Below, piece after piece: positions 21,216 to 35,931 of a stretch of DNA of 64,000 nt. This DNA is from Bacillota bacterium (GTDB lineage: Bacteria; Bacillota; Ch66; Ch109). The notes beneath the pieces are model-generated. The model had not been told where the DNA came from, searched no databases, and saw only the letters and a program-made list of their open reading frames with translations. Both the position numbers and the translations under genes were made by a program. Positions within the stretch are counted from its first letter, which is position 1. Each line of letters opens with the position of its first letter. The DNA is taken from positions 160,001 through 224,000 of the forward strand of contig JBMNLH010000004.1 in the NCBI GenBank assembly GCA_050952625.1, written 5' to 3'.

Positions 21216-21350
21216 TTAGGCAGATAATCTTTTTCTTTCTTTTCTACGTCTTCGGGCCAATACGTTTCTTCCACCCGGTGTTTTCATTCTACTTAAAAAT
21301 CCATGCACCTTTTTATGTTTTCGCCGCTTTGGCTGGTATGTCCGTTTCAA
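21216..21350 (-). CDS. rpmH: 50S ribosomal protein L34 (not in the ORF track)
   Basis: TTG start after a GGAGG RBS; [44 protein letters not shown]. Confidence 0.97.
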   Translation of the reverse strand: MKRTYQPKRRKHKKVHGFLSRMKTPGGRNVLARRRRKERKRLSA

Positions 21351-21571
21351 ACCAGTGCCCACCTCCTTAATATTACTAAATCTTTACTGCACTCCAGACC
21401 TTATTATATCTAAGCCTCCTCCTGCTTGTCAACTCAGCGTGGGAGGATTCTTCACTTCGCTTATAATTAACACGCGTTGCCCGCACCACGATAAAGGAAT
21501 AAATGTTAATATTCATCGTAATGACAACCGAAGTTAGGTTTTATTCTTTATTAAAAAATAGGATTTAACTT

Positions 21572-21787
21572 TGTGTATATCCAAAAATACCATCCTGTTG
21601 ATAAACCTAAAAACTTCTGTTATCATAATCGTACATTAGCGTTAGATTCTTAGTTTCTTTTCCCTTCTATAATTATACACAAATTGTGGATAAACATGTG
21701 TATAACTTATTTTTATCAAAATTCCTCCAGGTTATAACAGACATCCGAAGGGTTTTATTATCCTTTTTATTCACTATTTTATCCACA
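21572..21787. other. oriC, DnaA-box cluster upstream of dnaA
   Basis: TTATACACA 21673, TGTGGATAA 21685, TGTGTATAA 21697, TTATCCACA 21779, TGTTGATAA 21596. Confidence 0.9.
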
Positions 21788-21854
21788 TAAACCCGGTTTC
21801 CTTCTTAATACTTTGGCTATTTTTTTTTGGTTATTTTTTGGGAGGTTCAGTTGA

Positions 21855-23177
21855 ATGTTTAAACCTAATCTTGCCCACCTTTGGAAACAAACTATTGTCC
21901 TCGCTCAAGAAGAATTGAGTCAGCCTAGTCTTGATGCCTGGCTGAAATCTATTTATCCAACTAGTTTTCAAGATGACACCATTACCTTGAGCGTTCCGAA
22001 TATTTTTGCCAAAGATTGGATTGAAAACCGGTATATTGGATTATTGCAAGAGAAAATTGAGTTTTTACTTGGCCGGAAAGTTTATCTTCGTTTAACTACA
22101 TCTAATGCGACTGATATTGAATGGACTCCACCGCGGCTAGAAGAATTACCAATATCCACGCTTAATCCGAAATATGTCTTTGATACTTTTGTGGTCGGCA
22201 ATAGTAACCGCTTTGCCCATGCCGCAGCCCTAGCTGTATCAGAGGTACCGGCTAAAGCTTATAATCCTCTTTTTATCTATGGTGGTGTTGGCCTGGGTAA
22301 AACTCATTTGATGCATGCGATCGGACATTATATATTAGCCCAATCTACCGGCTTAAAAGTTGTTTATGTTACGTCGGAAACCTTTACGAATGATTTAATT
22401 AATGCCATAAAAGATGACAAAACCCCCGAATTTAGAATGACTTATCGCAACGCTGACGTTCTTTTAATAGACGATATTCAATTTCTCAAAGAAAAAGAGC
22501 GGACTCAAGAAGAATTTTTCCATACCTTCAATGCTTTACATCAAGCTGATAAACAGGTCGTTATTTCAAGTGACCGTCCCCCTAAAGATCTTTCTACCCT
22601 CGAAGACCGGCTGCGTTCACGCTTTGAGTGGGGGCTAATCACCGATATTCAGCCACCTGATCTCGAGACCCGGATTGCGATACTACGTAAAAAGGCGCAA
22701 TTGGAAAATCTTCAATTACCGGATGAAGTTAATGTTTATATTGCTCATCTTATTCAAGCCAACATCAGAGAACTTGAGGGAGCCCTTACCCGCGTAGTTG
22801 CTTATGCTGCTGTTCATGGACTGCCCATTACCGAAGAACTAGCCACGCAATGCTTAAAGGATATTGTCTCCCCGGTTCGGCCAAAACCGATAACGGTACC
22901 CTTAATCATTGAGACAGTAGCTAATTACTATAATCTGCGCATTGATGATCTAACTTCGAAAAAAAGAACTAGAGAATTATCCTTTCCCCGCCAAATTGCC
23001 ATGTATCTAGCTCGTGAACTAACATCGCAATCCCTCCCGCAAATTGGGGAGGCTTTTGGCGGAAGAGATCACACCACGATAATGCATGGTTACGATAAAA
23101 TATCTCAACAAATAAAAAACGATGTAAATTTAAAAACAATAATTAATGAACTGACATCTATGCTGCGTTCATCATAA
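21855..23177 (+). CDS. dnaA: Chromosomal replication initiator DnaA
   Basis: YNPLFIYGGVGLGKTHL, LLIDDIQF and GGRDHTT motifs. Confidence 0.98.
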   Translation: MFKPNLAHLWKQTIVLAQEELSQPSLDAWLKSIYPTSFQDDTITLSVPNIFAKDWIENRYIGLLQEKIEFLLGRKVYLRLTTSNATDIEWTPPRLEELPISTLNPKYVFDTFVVGNSNRFAHAAALAVSEVPAKAYNPLFIYGGVGLGKTHLMHAIGHYILAQSTGLKVVYVTSETFTNDLINAIKDDKTPEFRMTYRNADVLLIDDIQFLKEKERTQEEFFHTFNALHQADKQVVISSDRPPKDLSTLEDRLRSRFEWGLITDIQPPDLETRIAILRKKAQLENLQLPDEVNVYIAHLIQANIRELEGALTRVVAYAAVHGLPITEELATQCLKDIVSPVRPKPITVPLIIETVANYYNLRIDDLTSKKRTRELSFPRQIAMYLARELTSQSLPQIGEAFGGRDHTTIMHGYDKISQQIKNDVNLKTIINELTSMLRSS

Positions 23178-23208
23178 ACAAGATAAACAAGCCCTAATTA
23201 TAGATTAA

Positions 23209-23330
23209 TTGTCCACATGATTAAGAGAATAGATTTTATAATGAAATCGCTGTTTCAAGCGACTTTTAAACATATTCACAGCCCCTACTACTACTACTGT
23301 TAATAATCTACTATATATATAAATAAATCT
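23209..23330. other. oriC unwinding region (DnaA boxes, GC tract, DnaA-trios, AT-rich tract)
   Basis: TTGTCCACA; ATATTCACA-GCCC-CTACTACTACTACT followed by TAATAATCTACTATATATATAAATAAAT, the B. subtilis-type basal unwinding layout. Confidence 0.88.
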
Positions 23331-23416
23331 TCTTCTTAATGCATGGTGTAAATTTATTGCCCTACGGAAAAATAAGGAAAATTGAGTGTAAAGAGGTGGA
23401 CCGATCTCGGACGACC

Positions 23417-24529
23417 ATGAAAGTAATATGCTCCAAAGATAACCTGCTCCAGGGAACGCAAATAGCACAACGTTGCGTTTCCCCAAGAGCTCCTTTACCA
23501 ATTTTGAATGGTATCTTGCTTTCAGCCAGTAATAATGGCTTAATCTTTCAAGCGACTGATTTAGATCTCGCCATTGAGTGTACCCTGCCAGCTGAAGTCA
23601 TGACGGAAGGGACCGTGGTGGTCCCGGCCAGACATTTTTCGGACATCGTTCGACGGCTGCCGGATCAAAATATAACCTTAGATTACGAACCAGAGCACCG
23701 TTTATTAACTTTGACCTATGGATCAGCTCAATTTAATATTCATACCCTGAATGCCGAAGAATTCCCTCTATTACCAGCACGGCCGGATACACCAACTCTT
23801 GAAATAGACCAAATAACCTTTAAAGATATGATTCGCCAAGTAGCCTTTGCGGCTGCGACCGATCCCATCCGGCCAATTTTTACCGGCGTATTATTGGAAA
23901 TAGCACCTGATTATTTAATGCTTGTGGCGACTGATACCCATCGTTTAGCGAAAAATAAGCTGGTTAAACCAAATACTGGTTTTTGTGAAATTTCTCGAAC
24001 GATAATCCCGGCCCGTGCTTTAAACGAATTAAATCGTTTACTTAAAGAGGAACAAAGTTCATTAAGTATTGCCTTATCCTCCAGTCAAATTGTTCTTTAT
24101 ACAGAAGAATTTCTATTTTATTCTAAACCAATTAAGGGTATTTTTCCGGATCACCAAAAGGTAATCCCACCTAAAATTCAAACCAAACTCAGTGTAACCA
24201 TCGCTGATCTCCTGCCGGCTATTGAACGGGCTTCCTTACTGATCTCGACTAAAGACGGCAATAGCATTGTTCATTTGTCAATTAAGCAACATTGCTTAAC
24301 GATAAATTCCAACTCTGTCAATCTAGGATCAGTTCATGAAGAAATTCCGGTAAATGTTGAAGGCCAAGAGCTTGAGATATCGTTTAATGCTCGATACCTG
24401 CTTGATGCCTTAAAAATTATCAATGCGGAACAGATTTCTATTGAATTTGCCGGTCATCTTAGCCCTTGTGTTATTCGTCCAGTTAGTGAAGAAGATTATT
24501 TATATCTGCTTCTGCCTATAAGAACATAA
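23417..24529 (+). CDS. dnaN: DNA polymerase III beta sliding clamp
   Basis: ATDLDL, RPIFTGV, VATDTHRL and ISFNARYLLD motifs; start at ATG 23417 after GAGGTG. Confidence 0.96.
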   Translation: MKVICSKDNLLQGTQIAQRCVSPRAPLPILNGILLSASNNGLIFQATDLDLAIECTLPAEVMTEGTVVVPARHFSDIVRRLPDQNITLDYEPEHRLLTLTYGSAQFNIHTLNAEEFPLLPARPDTPTLEIDQITFKDMIRQVAFAAATDPIRPIFTGVLLEIAPDYLMLVATDTHRLAKNKLVKPNTGFCEISRTIIPARALNELNRLLKEEQSSLSIALSSSQIVLYTEEFLFYSKPIKGIFPDHQKVIPPKIQTKLSVTIADLLPAIERASLLISTKDGNSIVHLSIKQHCLTINSNSVNLGSVHEEIPVNVEGQELEISFNARYLLDALKIINAEQISIEFAGHLSPCVIRPVSEEDYLYLLLPIRT

Positions 24530-24640
24530 AATTTACCAAAGTAATTATAAAATTGAGTGTTACAATAAGGTGAGTACTTGTTTATTAAGGTATATTAACA
24601 AGGTCTGCATCTTATTCCCATTTTAGGAGGAAAATATTCC

Positions 24641-25774
24641 TTGCTCCTGAAAAATTTGGTCCTAAAACATTTTCGCAATTATACCGATATAGAACTTGAA
24701 TGTTCGACTCGGCTTAATATTTTCTGGGGCGCTAATGCTCAAGGTAAAAGTAATCTACTTGAAGCTATTTATTACTTAGGTTACGGACGATCTTATCGGT
24801 TAGCACCCGACGAACAGGTGCTGCAATGGGATCGTCCTTCATTTGTAATTCGGGCGACAGTGCTTCAAGATTTTAATCTGTCGTCGATTGATATTACCTA
24901 TGTTCGGGACGCTAAGAAAAAAGTAACTAGATTTAACGGTAAGAAAATCAGCCGTTTAGCAGAGCTTGGACGGATTTTTCCGGTCGTTCTTTTTTCCCCG
25001 GATGACCTTCAGTTAACTAAAGGGGCACCGAATTTTCGACGGCATTATTTAGACTCTCTCTTAAGCCGTCTTTATCCGGAATATGAGGTAACTTATCAAC
25101 GGTATCAACAAGTTTTATCTCAAAGAAACTATTTACTCCGTTTACGCGATACGACCAGTAATCGCAGCCTCTTAGAAACCTATGATCAACAATTAAGCCA
25201 ACAGGGAGCCAAGATTTTAACATTTCGGTTTAATCTGCTACCGCTTTTGAGCCATAACTTAAAAAATTATTATCGAGAAATTGCTGGTAAAGATGAGGAA
25301 TTGAGTCTCTTTTACTCTTCTTCACTGAATAATTCTTTTACTACTGAACCAAATATAGATTCTCTAACGCTTAATATCCTAGACAAACTAAGTCAGTTAA
25401 GGAGTCTTGACTATCAAAAAGGGGCTACGAGCATAGGCCCCCATCGCGATGATCTTATTTTTCGAATTAAAGGAAAAAACTTACGCCATTATGGTTCACA
25501 AGGACAACACCGCAGTCTAGTCCTAGCTCTTCGTTTAAGTGAATTAACGATTATGGATGAACATTTGGCAAATCGACCAGTCCTCCTGTTAGATGATGTC
25601 TTATCTGAATTAGATGATAATCGGTGTTATTCTTTAATTAAAATGTTAGAATCAGAAAGACAGGTTTTTTTAACTACGACTAGTCCAGATAATATTCCAG
25701 AGGACTTAATTCATCATGCAGCCAATTACCAGGTTTCAGCCGGGTTTATAAAACCAAATTTCTGGAAAAGATAA
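24641..25774 (+). CDS. recF: DNA replication/repair protein RecF
   Basis: GANAQGKSNLLEAI, GPHRDD, GSQGQ and LLLDDVLSELD motifs. Confidence 0.96.
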   Translation: MLLKNLVLKHFRNYTDIELECSTRLNIFWGANAQGKSNLLEAIYYLGYGRSYRLAPDEQVLQWDRPSFVIRATVLQDFNLSSIDITYVRDAKKKVTRFNGKKISRLAELGRIFPVVLFSPDDLQLTKGAPNFRRHYLDSLLSRLYPEYEVTYQRYQQVLSQRNYLLRLRDTTSNRSLLETYDQQLSQQGAKILTFRFNLLPLLSHNLKNYYREIAGKDEELSLFYSSSLNNSFTTEPNIDSLTLNILDKLSQLRSLDYQKGATSIGPHRDDLIFRIKGKNLRHYGSQGQHRSLVLALRLSELTIMDEHLANRPVLLLDDVLSELDDNRCYSLIKMLESERQVFLTTTSPDNIPEDLIHHAANYQVSAGFIKPNFWKR

Positions 25775-25794
25775 GTATTGAGGGGGAATTTGTA

Positions 25795-26061
25795 GTGTTC
25801 TTGCATCTAGGAGGAAATACTGTGATACCGGTTAAAGATCTGGTAGCTATCTTAAGTCTGGAAACTACTAAACAGGGTGCAGCGACTCGAGAATTTCTAC
25901 AGGTTGTGCAAGATGAAGGGTTTATCTATCGAATAGTTGAACCAGGTAAAGAAAAATCATTTGTTATTACTAGCGACACTATCTATCTTTCCCCTATCTC
26001 CGCCGCCACACTAACCAAACGAGCCGTTTCGTTTAAGAATATTATAGAAGAAGAAATATAG
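25795..26061 (+). CDS. remB: RemB/YaaB (DUF370) family protein
   Basis: MFLHLG...KSFVIT...YLSPISAATL.KR; located between recF and gyrB. Confidence 0.85.
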   Translation: MFLHLGGNTVIPVKDLVAILSLETTKQGAATREFLQVVQDEGFIYRIVEPGKEKSFVITSDTIYLSPISAATLTKRAVSFKNIIEEEI

Positions 26062-26126
26062 AATTAAACCAAACGAATAATATTTAAGCTATTACTTAAT
26101 GGATAAATTATGTGGTATAATTGTAG

Positions 26127-28082
<1,956 letters not shown>

Positions 28083-28149
28083 ACAATCCCAATATATCAG
28101 GAATTAAGAGATGAACAAATAAGACAGCAGCTGAGCTATATTTTCTCAA

Positions 28150-28186
28150 GGGGTTGTTAATCAAAGCGTGTTAACAACCCTGTTTT
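28150..28186 (+). terminator. Terminator-like hairpin after gyrB
   Basis: GGGTTGTTAA...TTAACAACCC followed by TGTTTT. Confidence 0.55.
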
Positions 28187-28364
28187 ATGCAACACCGGGA
28201 CACCGGGACAAATGTGCTGTCCCGTTTTAGAAATAGCCTTGTTGTTGCTTAACCACCAGATTAAGCTGAGAAAGAACGCGAGGCTAATAATAGATAATAG
28301 CCCTAAAATTAATTTTAGGAAGTAAATCCCTTATTTAGGGTTTAAAAGGTAAGGTGGAAAATTA

Positions 28365-30806
28365 GTGGAATCTCCAACAACCTCCAAAATAATTCCGATC
28401 GATATCAACAAGGAAATGCGTCGGTCTTTTCTTGATTACTCTATGAGTGTCATTGTGAGCCGGGCCTTGCCGGATGTCCGGGATGGTCTTAAACCGGTCC
28501 ATCGCCGAATCCTTTATGCCCTGCATGATTTAGGCATAACCCCGGATAAGCCACATCGCAAATCAGCCTACTTAGTCGGGGAAGTCTTAGGTAAGTACCA
28601 CCCGCACGGTGATAGTGCGGTCTATGATGCCATGGTTCGCTTAGCCCAAGATTTTTCAACCCGTTATCCGTTGGTCGATGGTCACGGCAACTTTGGTTCA
28701 ATTGACGGCGATTCAGCTGCCGCCATGCGGTATACTGAAGTAAGAATGGCGCGGATTACTCAGGAGATGCTGGCGGATATTGAAAAAGAAACTGTTGATT
28801 TTCGCCCAAACTACGACGAAACTCGTGAAGAACCGACAGTACTGCCTTCCCGGATCCCCAACCTTTTGGTTAATGGGTCAGCCGGGATTGCGGTGGGGAT
28901 GGCGACCAATATCCCACCCCACAACCTGGGTGAAGTAGTCGATAGTTTAGTTCACTTGATTGATCGTCCAGAAGCAGAGATAAAGGACCTGGTTCAATTT
29001 ATTAAGGGACCTGATTTTCCCACTGGCGGTGTCATTATGGGTCGAGAAGGGATTAAATCTGCCTACATCAGCGGTCGGGGATCAATTCGGGTGCGGGCTT
29101 GTGCGACTCTTGAAGAGCTGCCGGGAAATAAAACAGCCATTATTGTGACTGAATTGCCTTACCAGGTGAATAAAGCCCGTTTGGTAGAAAAAATTGCCGA
29201 ACTGGTCAGAGATAAAAAAATCGAAGGGATTACTGAGCTGCGGGATGAATCGGACCGAAGCGGTATGCGGATTGTTATTGAATTGCGTCGGGATGTTACT
29301 CCCCGCGTGGTGCTTAATCATTTATACAAGCATACCCAAATGGAGGATACCTTCGGGGTCATCATGCTCGCCCTGGTTAATGGAAAACCCCGGATCCTAA
29401 ATCTGAAAGAGGTTTTAACTTATTACCTGGAACACCGAAAAGATGTGATTACCCGCAAAACCCGTTATGAATTACGCAAAGCAGAAGAGCGGCTGCATAT
29501 CGTTGAAGGATTACGGGTTGCTCTGCAATACCTGGATGAAGTAATTCGCACTATTCGTCAATCTCGGTCACCAGACATCGCTCGGAAAGCCCTGGTGGAT
29601 AAATTTGACCTGTCAACCATCCAGGCTCAAGCGATCCTGGATATGCGGCTGCAAAGATTAACCGGGCTCGAAAGACAAAAATTAGAAGAAGAATATAATC
29701 AACTAATTAAACTAATTGAGGAATTAAATTCGATTTTAGCCGACGAACATAAAATCATGCTGATTGTCCGTGGAGAGCTGCTGGAAGCTAAAAAACAATA
29801 TGCTGATCCTAGGCGGACTCAAATCAGTCAAGATGATGAGGTAATTGATATTGAGGACTTAATTCCGGATGAAGAAGTAGTGATCACCACGACCCACCAG
29901 GGATATATCAAACGTTTACCCCTTTCTACTTACCGCAGCCAGCGGCGGGGGGGTAGAGGCGTAACTGGCATAACCACGAAAAACGAAGATTTTGTTGATC
30001 AATTGTTTATTACAACTACCCACCATTATATGTTATTTTTTACCAATTTGGGCCGGATTTACCGGCTTAAGGTTTATGAGATCCCGGAGGCTGGCCGACA
30101 GGCTAAGGGAACTTCGGCGATTAATTTACTAAACCTAGATGGAAACGAATACATTAATGCAATCATCCCGGTGCGGGAGTTTTTTGAGGACCAATTCCTG
30201 ATCATGGGAACCAAAAAAGGGATTATTAAAAAAACGCAGCTTAGTCAATACCGTTTTACCCGACGGGATGGAATTATCGCTATCCAACTTGACGAGGGTG
30301 ACGAACTAATTGGCGTAAAATTAACTAATGGCCGGGAAGAAATCATTCTGTCGACCTGGAAGGGAATGGCCATCCGATTTTCGGAAAAAGAGGTCCGGAG
30401 TATGGGTCGCGTCGCCCGGGGGGTTAAAGGAATTACACTTAAGGAAGATGACGTCGTCGTTAGTATGGATGTTGTTCGCGATGATGCGCAGGTTCTAACA
30501 GTGACGGAAAAAGGTTTTGGCAAACGAACCCCGGTAGAACAGTACCGTTCTCAAAAAAGAGGGGGAACCGGGGTTAAGGTCATGAAGTTATCCCCGCGTA
30601 ATGGTCACCTGGCGGCGATTAAACTAGTCCATCCGGAAGATGAACTAATCCTTATTAGTCATGAAGGGATTGTTATTAGAATGCAGGTGAACGAGATATC
30701 CGAGCAGCACCGAGATACTCAGGGAGTAACTTTAATGAAACTTGACCCGGGAGATAAAGTGGTTGCCGTAGCCAAGGTAGTATCCCGTGAGGATGAGAAT
30801 AATTAA
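28365..30806 (+). CDS. gyrA: DNA gyrase subunit A
   Basis: [15 protein letters not shown] and the GyrA-box QRRGGRG. Confidence 0.98.
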   Translation: MESPTTSKIIPIDINKEMRRSFLDYSMSVIVSRALPDVRDGLKPVHRRILYALHDLGITPDKPHRKSAYLVGEVLGKYHPHGDSAVYDAMVRLAQDFSTRYPLVDGHGNFGSIDGDSAAAMRYTEVRMARITQEMLADIEKETVDFRPNYDETREEPTVLPSRIPNLLVNGSAGIAVGMATNIPPHNLGEVVDSLVHLIDRPEAEIKDLVQFIKGPDFPTGGVIMGREGIKSAYISGRGSIRVRACATLEELPGNKTAIIVTELPYQVNKARLVEKIAELVRDKKIEGITELRDESDRSGMRIVIELRRDVTPRVVLNHLYKHTQMEDTFGVIMLALVNGKPRILNLKEVLTYYLEHRKDVITRKTRYELRKAEERLHIVEGLRVALQYLDEVIRTIRQSRSPDIARKALVDKFDLSTIQAQAILDMRLQRLTGLERQKLEEEYNQLIKLIEELNSILADEHKIMLIVRGELLEAKKQYADPRRTQISQDDEVIDIEDLIPDEEVVITTTHQGYIKRLPLSTYRSQRRGGRGVTGITTKNEDFVDQLFITTTHHYMLFFTNLGRIYRLKVYEIPEAGRQAKGTSAINLLNLDGNEYINAIIPVREFFEDQFLIMGTKKGIIKKTQLSQYRFTRRDGIIAIQLDEGDELIGVKLTNGREEIILSTWKGMAIRFSEKEVRSMGRVARGVKGITLKEDDVVVSMDVVRDDAQVLTVTEKGFGKRTPVEQYRSQKRGGTGVKVMKLSPRNGHLAAIKLVHPEDELILISHEGIVIRMQVNEISEQHRDTQGVTLMKLDPGDKVVAVAKVVSREDENN

Positions 30807-30820
30807 ATCATAGAAAATCC

Positions 30821-30866
30821 TAATAACAAGACAGCAACCAAGTTGTGAGTTGCTGTCTTGTTATTA
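30821..30866 (+). terminator. 18-bp perfect stem after gyrA
   Basis: TAATAACAAGACAGCAAC / GTTGCTGTCTTGTTATTA. Confidence 0.7.
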
Positions 30867-30930
30867 TAATTATGTTAATATAATTAAACCTAAATTTTAG
30901 ATAAATACTACAGGGTGATATTATCATAGA

Positions 30931-31046
30931 ATGAACTGGTTCTGCTTCGCTGAACATCGAGGCTTCAGATGGAGACTCTACTCCACCTGATGATTAAACA
31001 AGGCAACCCCCACTTAGAGGAGTGAGGGTCTTTTGATTGAGATAAA
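30931..31046 (-). repeat. Copy (C) of the TTTAT..TTCAC element, just upstream of the rRNA P1 promoter
   Basis: Full-length match to copies at 50575, 54977 and 62583. Confidence 0.88.
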
Positions 31047-31067
31047 TACATGTTTTTTAAAAACAGC

Positions 31068-31214
31068 TTGACATTAAATAACTGAATGTGCTAAGATAAC
31101 CATCGTTGTGGGCAATGACTTTAACCGGAAATGCGCTAAATCAAACTCGTCAGATATAGATTCTGTAGTTTTAATAAATTAAGTATTGACGGCAAATAAG
31201 AAATATGCTATAAT
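31068..31214 (+). promoter_or_regulatory. Tandem sigma-A rRNA promoters P1 and P2
   Basis: TTGACA-N18-TAAGAT (31068) and TTGACG-N17-TATAAT (31186), both with extended TG. Confidence 0.8.
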
Positions 31215-31411
31215 AAAATTCCGCCAAGGGCAAAAAGCAAAAGCGAACGCCTGAAGCGAAAGACTGATCCCTGAAAACTGAACAGTTGTCAAAATGTGCG
31301 AAGCCTGATGCAAAAGTCAAGGACCTCGATCAACGAGAGTTTCAAGACAAAGCAAGGCTAGCGACAAGCTAGCGAGATAGTAAATAAGAGCAAGATAAGC
31401 TCTTCGATATT

Positions 31412-33099
<1,688 letters not shown>

Positions 33100-33195
33100 A
33101 GTAACATCCGCAAGGATGCGAAACTAGGTCGGTCATCAGACTTCGCAACAACTGTTTAGTTTTGAGGGACCAGTAAACTGGAAACTCAAAGAAGG

Positions 33196-33288
33196 GTGAA
33201 CTTGTTCAGCTTTGCTGAACATTGAGGCTTCAGCTAGAGACTCTACTCACCTGAAGTTTAAACAAGATAACCCTTTGATCCAGATAAA
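33196..33288 (-). repeat. Copy (D) of the TTTAT..TTCAC element inside the tRNA-less 16S-23S spacer
   Basis: GTGAACTTGTTCAGCTTTGCTGAACATTGAGGCTTCAG...CAGATAAA; one hairpin deleted. Confidence 0.88.
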
Positions 33289-34370
33289 AAGCCAAGGCTT
33301 CTAACCAAAGAAGCCGCGGTAAAAAGACTTCCCATAAATTTGGCCAAACCCAAAAGAACCAGGCCAAACCAGATGGAAGTCAAACTCGACTAACTAAGCG
33401 CAAACCGAAAGCTAGTCGAAACTGAACCCTGAAAACTGCACAGCGAATATAAAAAAAGTTCTGTCAAGCGCAAGCCAAAGGATAAACCGAAACAAACCTT
33501 AAGGTAGAAAGACTAAGGTCAAGCTACTAAGGGCGTACGGAGGATGCCTAGGCGCTAAGAGACGAAGAAGGACGCGGTAAGCTGCGAAAAGCCTCGGGGA
33601 GCCGCAAGCAGGCCTTGATCCGGGGATCTCCGAATGGGGCAACCCAACTGGAGTAATGTCCAGTTACGGCTAACTGAATCCATAGGTTAGTCGAGACAAC
33701 CAGGGGAACTGAAACATCTTAGTACCCTGAGGAAAAGAAAACAACAGTGATTCCCCAAGTAGCGGCGAGCGAACCGGGAAGAGCCCAAACCTCAAGAGTG
33801 TCAAAGCCTGCCGGCGTTGCTTTTGAGGGGTAGCGGGACCATCCTGGGCAGCGGCAGCAGCCCAAAGGAGTAAGAAACCATAATTCTAGGTGAAGCGGAC
33901 TGGAAAGCCCCGCCACAGAGAGTAACAGCCTCGTAACCGAAAGGATTATGGCTCCTGGATGGGATCCCAAGTACTGCGGGACACGTGGAACCCCGTGGGA
34001 ATCAGGGAGGACCACCTCCTAAGGCTAAATACTCCTTAGCGACCGATAGTGAACCAGTACCGTGAGGGAAAGGTGAAAAGCACCCCGGGAGGGGAGTGAA
34101 AAAGAACCTGAAACCGTATGCCTACAACCAGTCGGAGCTTTTTCGAAAGAAAGAGTGACGGCGTACTTTTTGTAGAACGGACCGGCGAGTTACAGTAACT
34201 AGCAAGGTTAAGGAAACGGAGCCGAAGCGAAAGCAAGTCTTAAGAGGGCGCAAGTTAGTTGCTGTAGACCCGAAACCGGGTGATCTACCCATGACCAGAG
34301 TGAAGCGATGGTAAGACATCGTGGAGGCTCGAACCAACCGTTGTTGAAACAGCGGTGGATGAGTTGTGGG

Positions 34371-34412
<42 letters not shown>

Positions 34413-34676
34413 CCCGAAATAGCTTTAGGGCTAGCCTCAAGGCATAATTGATGGGGGTAGAGCACTGAATAGGCTAGGGGCCTTACCCGGTTACCGAACC
34501 TTCTCAAACTCCGAATACCATCAATCGGACCTTGGGAGTCAGACTGCGAGTGATAAGATCCGTAGTCGAGAGGGAAACAGCCCAGACCGTCGATTAAGGT
34601 CCCGAAGTGAGGACTAAGTGGAAAAGGATGTGGGGTTGCCCAGACAACCAGGATGTTGGCTTAGAAGCAGCCATCA

Positions 34677-34712
<36 letters not shown>

Positions 34713-34759
34713 CCTGCGCCGAAAATTCCCGGGGCTCAAGTCCGCCACCGAAATCACGG

Positions 34760-34966
34760 ATTTTGGTGGTTGGCGGTTAGTGGTTAGTGGTTGGGAGGAA
34801 AGGAAATGGCTGGATATCGGACACTGGAAGTGTATCAAAAGGCATATAAACTGTCTTTAGAAATACACCGTGTCACCCAAACATTTCCTGAATTTGAAAG
34901 GTATGAATTAGGAAGCATGGTCAAACAAATCCCAACGACCAATTACTAACGACCAACCACCAAAAT
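34760..34966 (+). mobile_element. 23S rRNA intervening sequence (helix 45 region) with heptamer-repeat arms and an internal ORF
   Basis: ATTTTGGTGGTTGG...CCAACCACCAAAAT terminal stem, inserted between CACCGAAATCACGG and GGTAGGGGAGCGTT. Confidence 0.92.
34806..34949 (+). pseudogene. Truncated four-helix-bundle protein (23S rRNA IVP / Avd-like), 47 aa
   Basis: RBS GGGAGG..AGGA then MAGYRTLEVYQKAYKLSLEIHRVTQTFPEFERYELGS, matching the family N-terminus (L.V[WY]QKA..L...I...T..FP..E.Y.L.SQ); runs into the repeat arm. Confidence 0.82.
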
Positions 34967-35428
34967 GGTAGGGGAGCGTTCCCACAGCGTGGAAGTCATC
35001 CTGGAAGGGATGGTGGAGCGGTGGGAAGAGATAATGCCGGTATGAGTAAGCGAAAAGGCAGGTGAGAATCCTGCCCGCCGAAAGCCTAAGGTTTCCTGGG
35101 GAAGGCTCGTCCGCCCAGGGTAAGTCGGGACCTAAGCTGAGGCCGAAAGGCGTAGGCGATGGACAACCGGTGGAAATTCCGGTACCACCCCAAGCCGCTC
35201 GAGCGAAGGGGGGACGCAGGAGGGTAGGCGAAGCGTACCGTTGGTCGAGTACGCGCAAGCTGGTAGGGGGTAAGATAGGCAAATCCGTCTTACGTGAACC
35301 CTGAGAGGTGACGCCGAGGGAAAACTAAGTACCGAAGTCGCTGAACCCAAACTGCCAAGAAAAGCCTCTAGCAAGGCAAAAGGGTGCCCGTACCGCAAAC
35401 CGACACAGGTAGGCGAGGAGAGAATCCT

Positions 35429-35460
<32 letters not shown>

Positions 35461-35655
35461 CGGCAAAATGACCCCGTAACTTCGGGAGAAGGGGTACCCC
35501 GTGTAGCGTGACATTGTGAACACAAAAGAGCGTGAGGGGGTCGCAGTGAAGAGGCCCAGGCGACTGTTTACCAAAAACACAGGTCCCTGCCAAAGCGAAA
35601 GCTGAAGTATAGGGGCTGACGCCTGCCCGGTGCTGGAAGGTTAAGGGGAGGGGTT

Positions 35656-35824
35656 CCGCACTCCCGCGGGAGCACGGTGCGGGGGAAGCCTTGGGCGCGC
35701 CTCCGGATAGTCACATCGGGTTCCGCTCCGGGCATCAGTGGGCGAATAGAGCATACCCTGGAGCGGGCAGCAACAGGCGCCAGCGAGGCTGGGCGGATAT
35801 CCGCCCAGGGGGTTGAGTGCTGGA
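35656..35824 (+). other. 169-nt GC-rich structured insertion at the tip of 23S helix 68
   Basis: Replaces the ~9-nt tip between GGAAGGTTAAGGGGAGGGGTT and GAAGCTCTGAACCGAAGCCCC; closed by TCC-GCACTC/GAGTGC-T-GGA. Confidence 0.85.
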
Positions 35825-35846
35825 GAAGCTCTGAACCGAAGCCCCA

Positions 35847-35931
<85 letters not shown>

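Noticed and set aside
23339-23416. N-terminal extensions in the ORF track for dnaN (also rsmG, istA, the aminotransferase at 55582 and serS)
   Set aside because: Downstream starts have RBSs and match family N-termini; the extensions overlap oriC-adjacent DNA, other genes, IS ends or the T-box.
34806-34949. Diversity-generating retroelement suggested by the Avd-like fragment
   Set aside because: No reverse transcriptase and no template/variable repeat pair with adenine-specific differences in the window. The LysM repeats differ mostly at synonymous sites.
35656-35824. Group I intron or HDV-like ribozyme in the helix 68 insert
   Set aside because: ATAGTC and GGCGAA fragments are present, but I could not build P3/P7 or a nested double pseudoknot; it is short and not at a known intron site.
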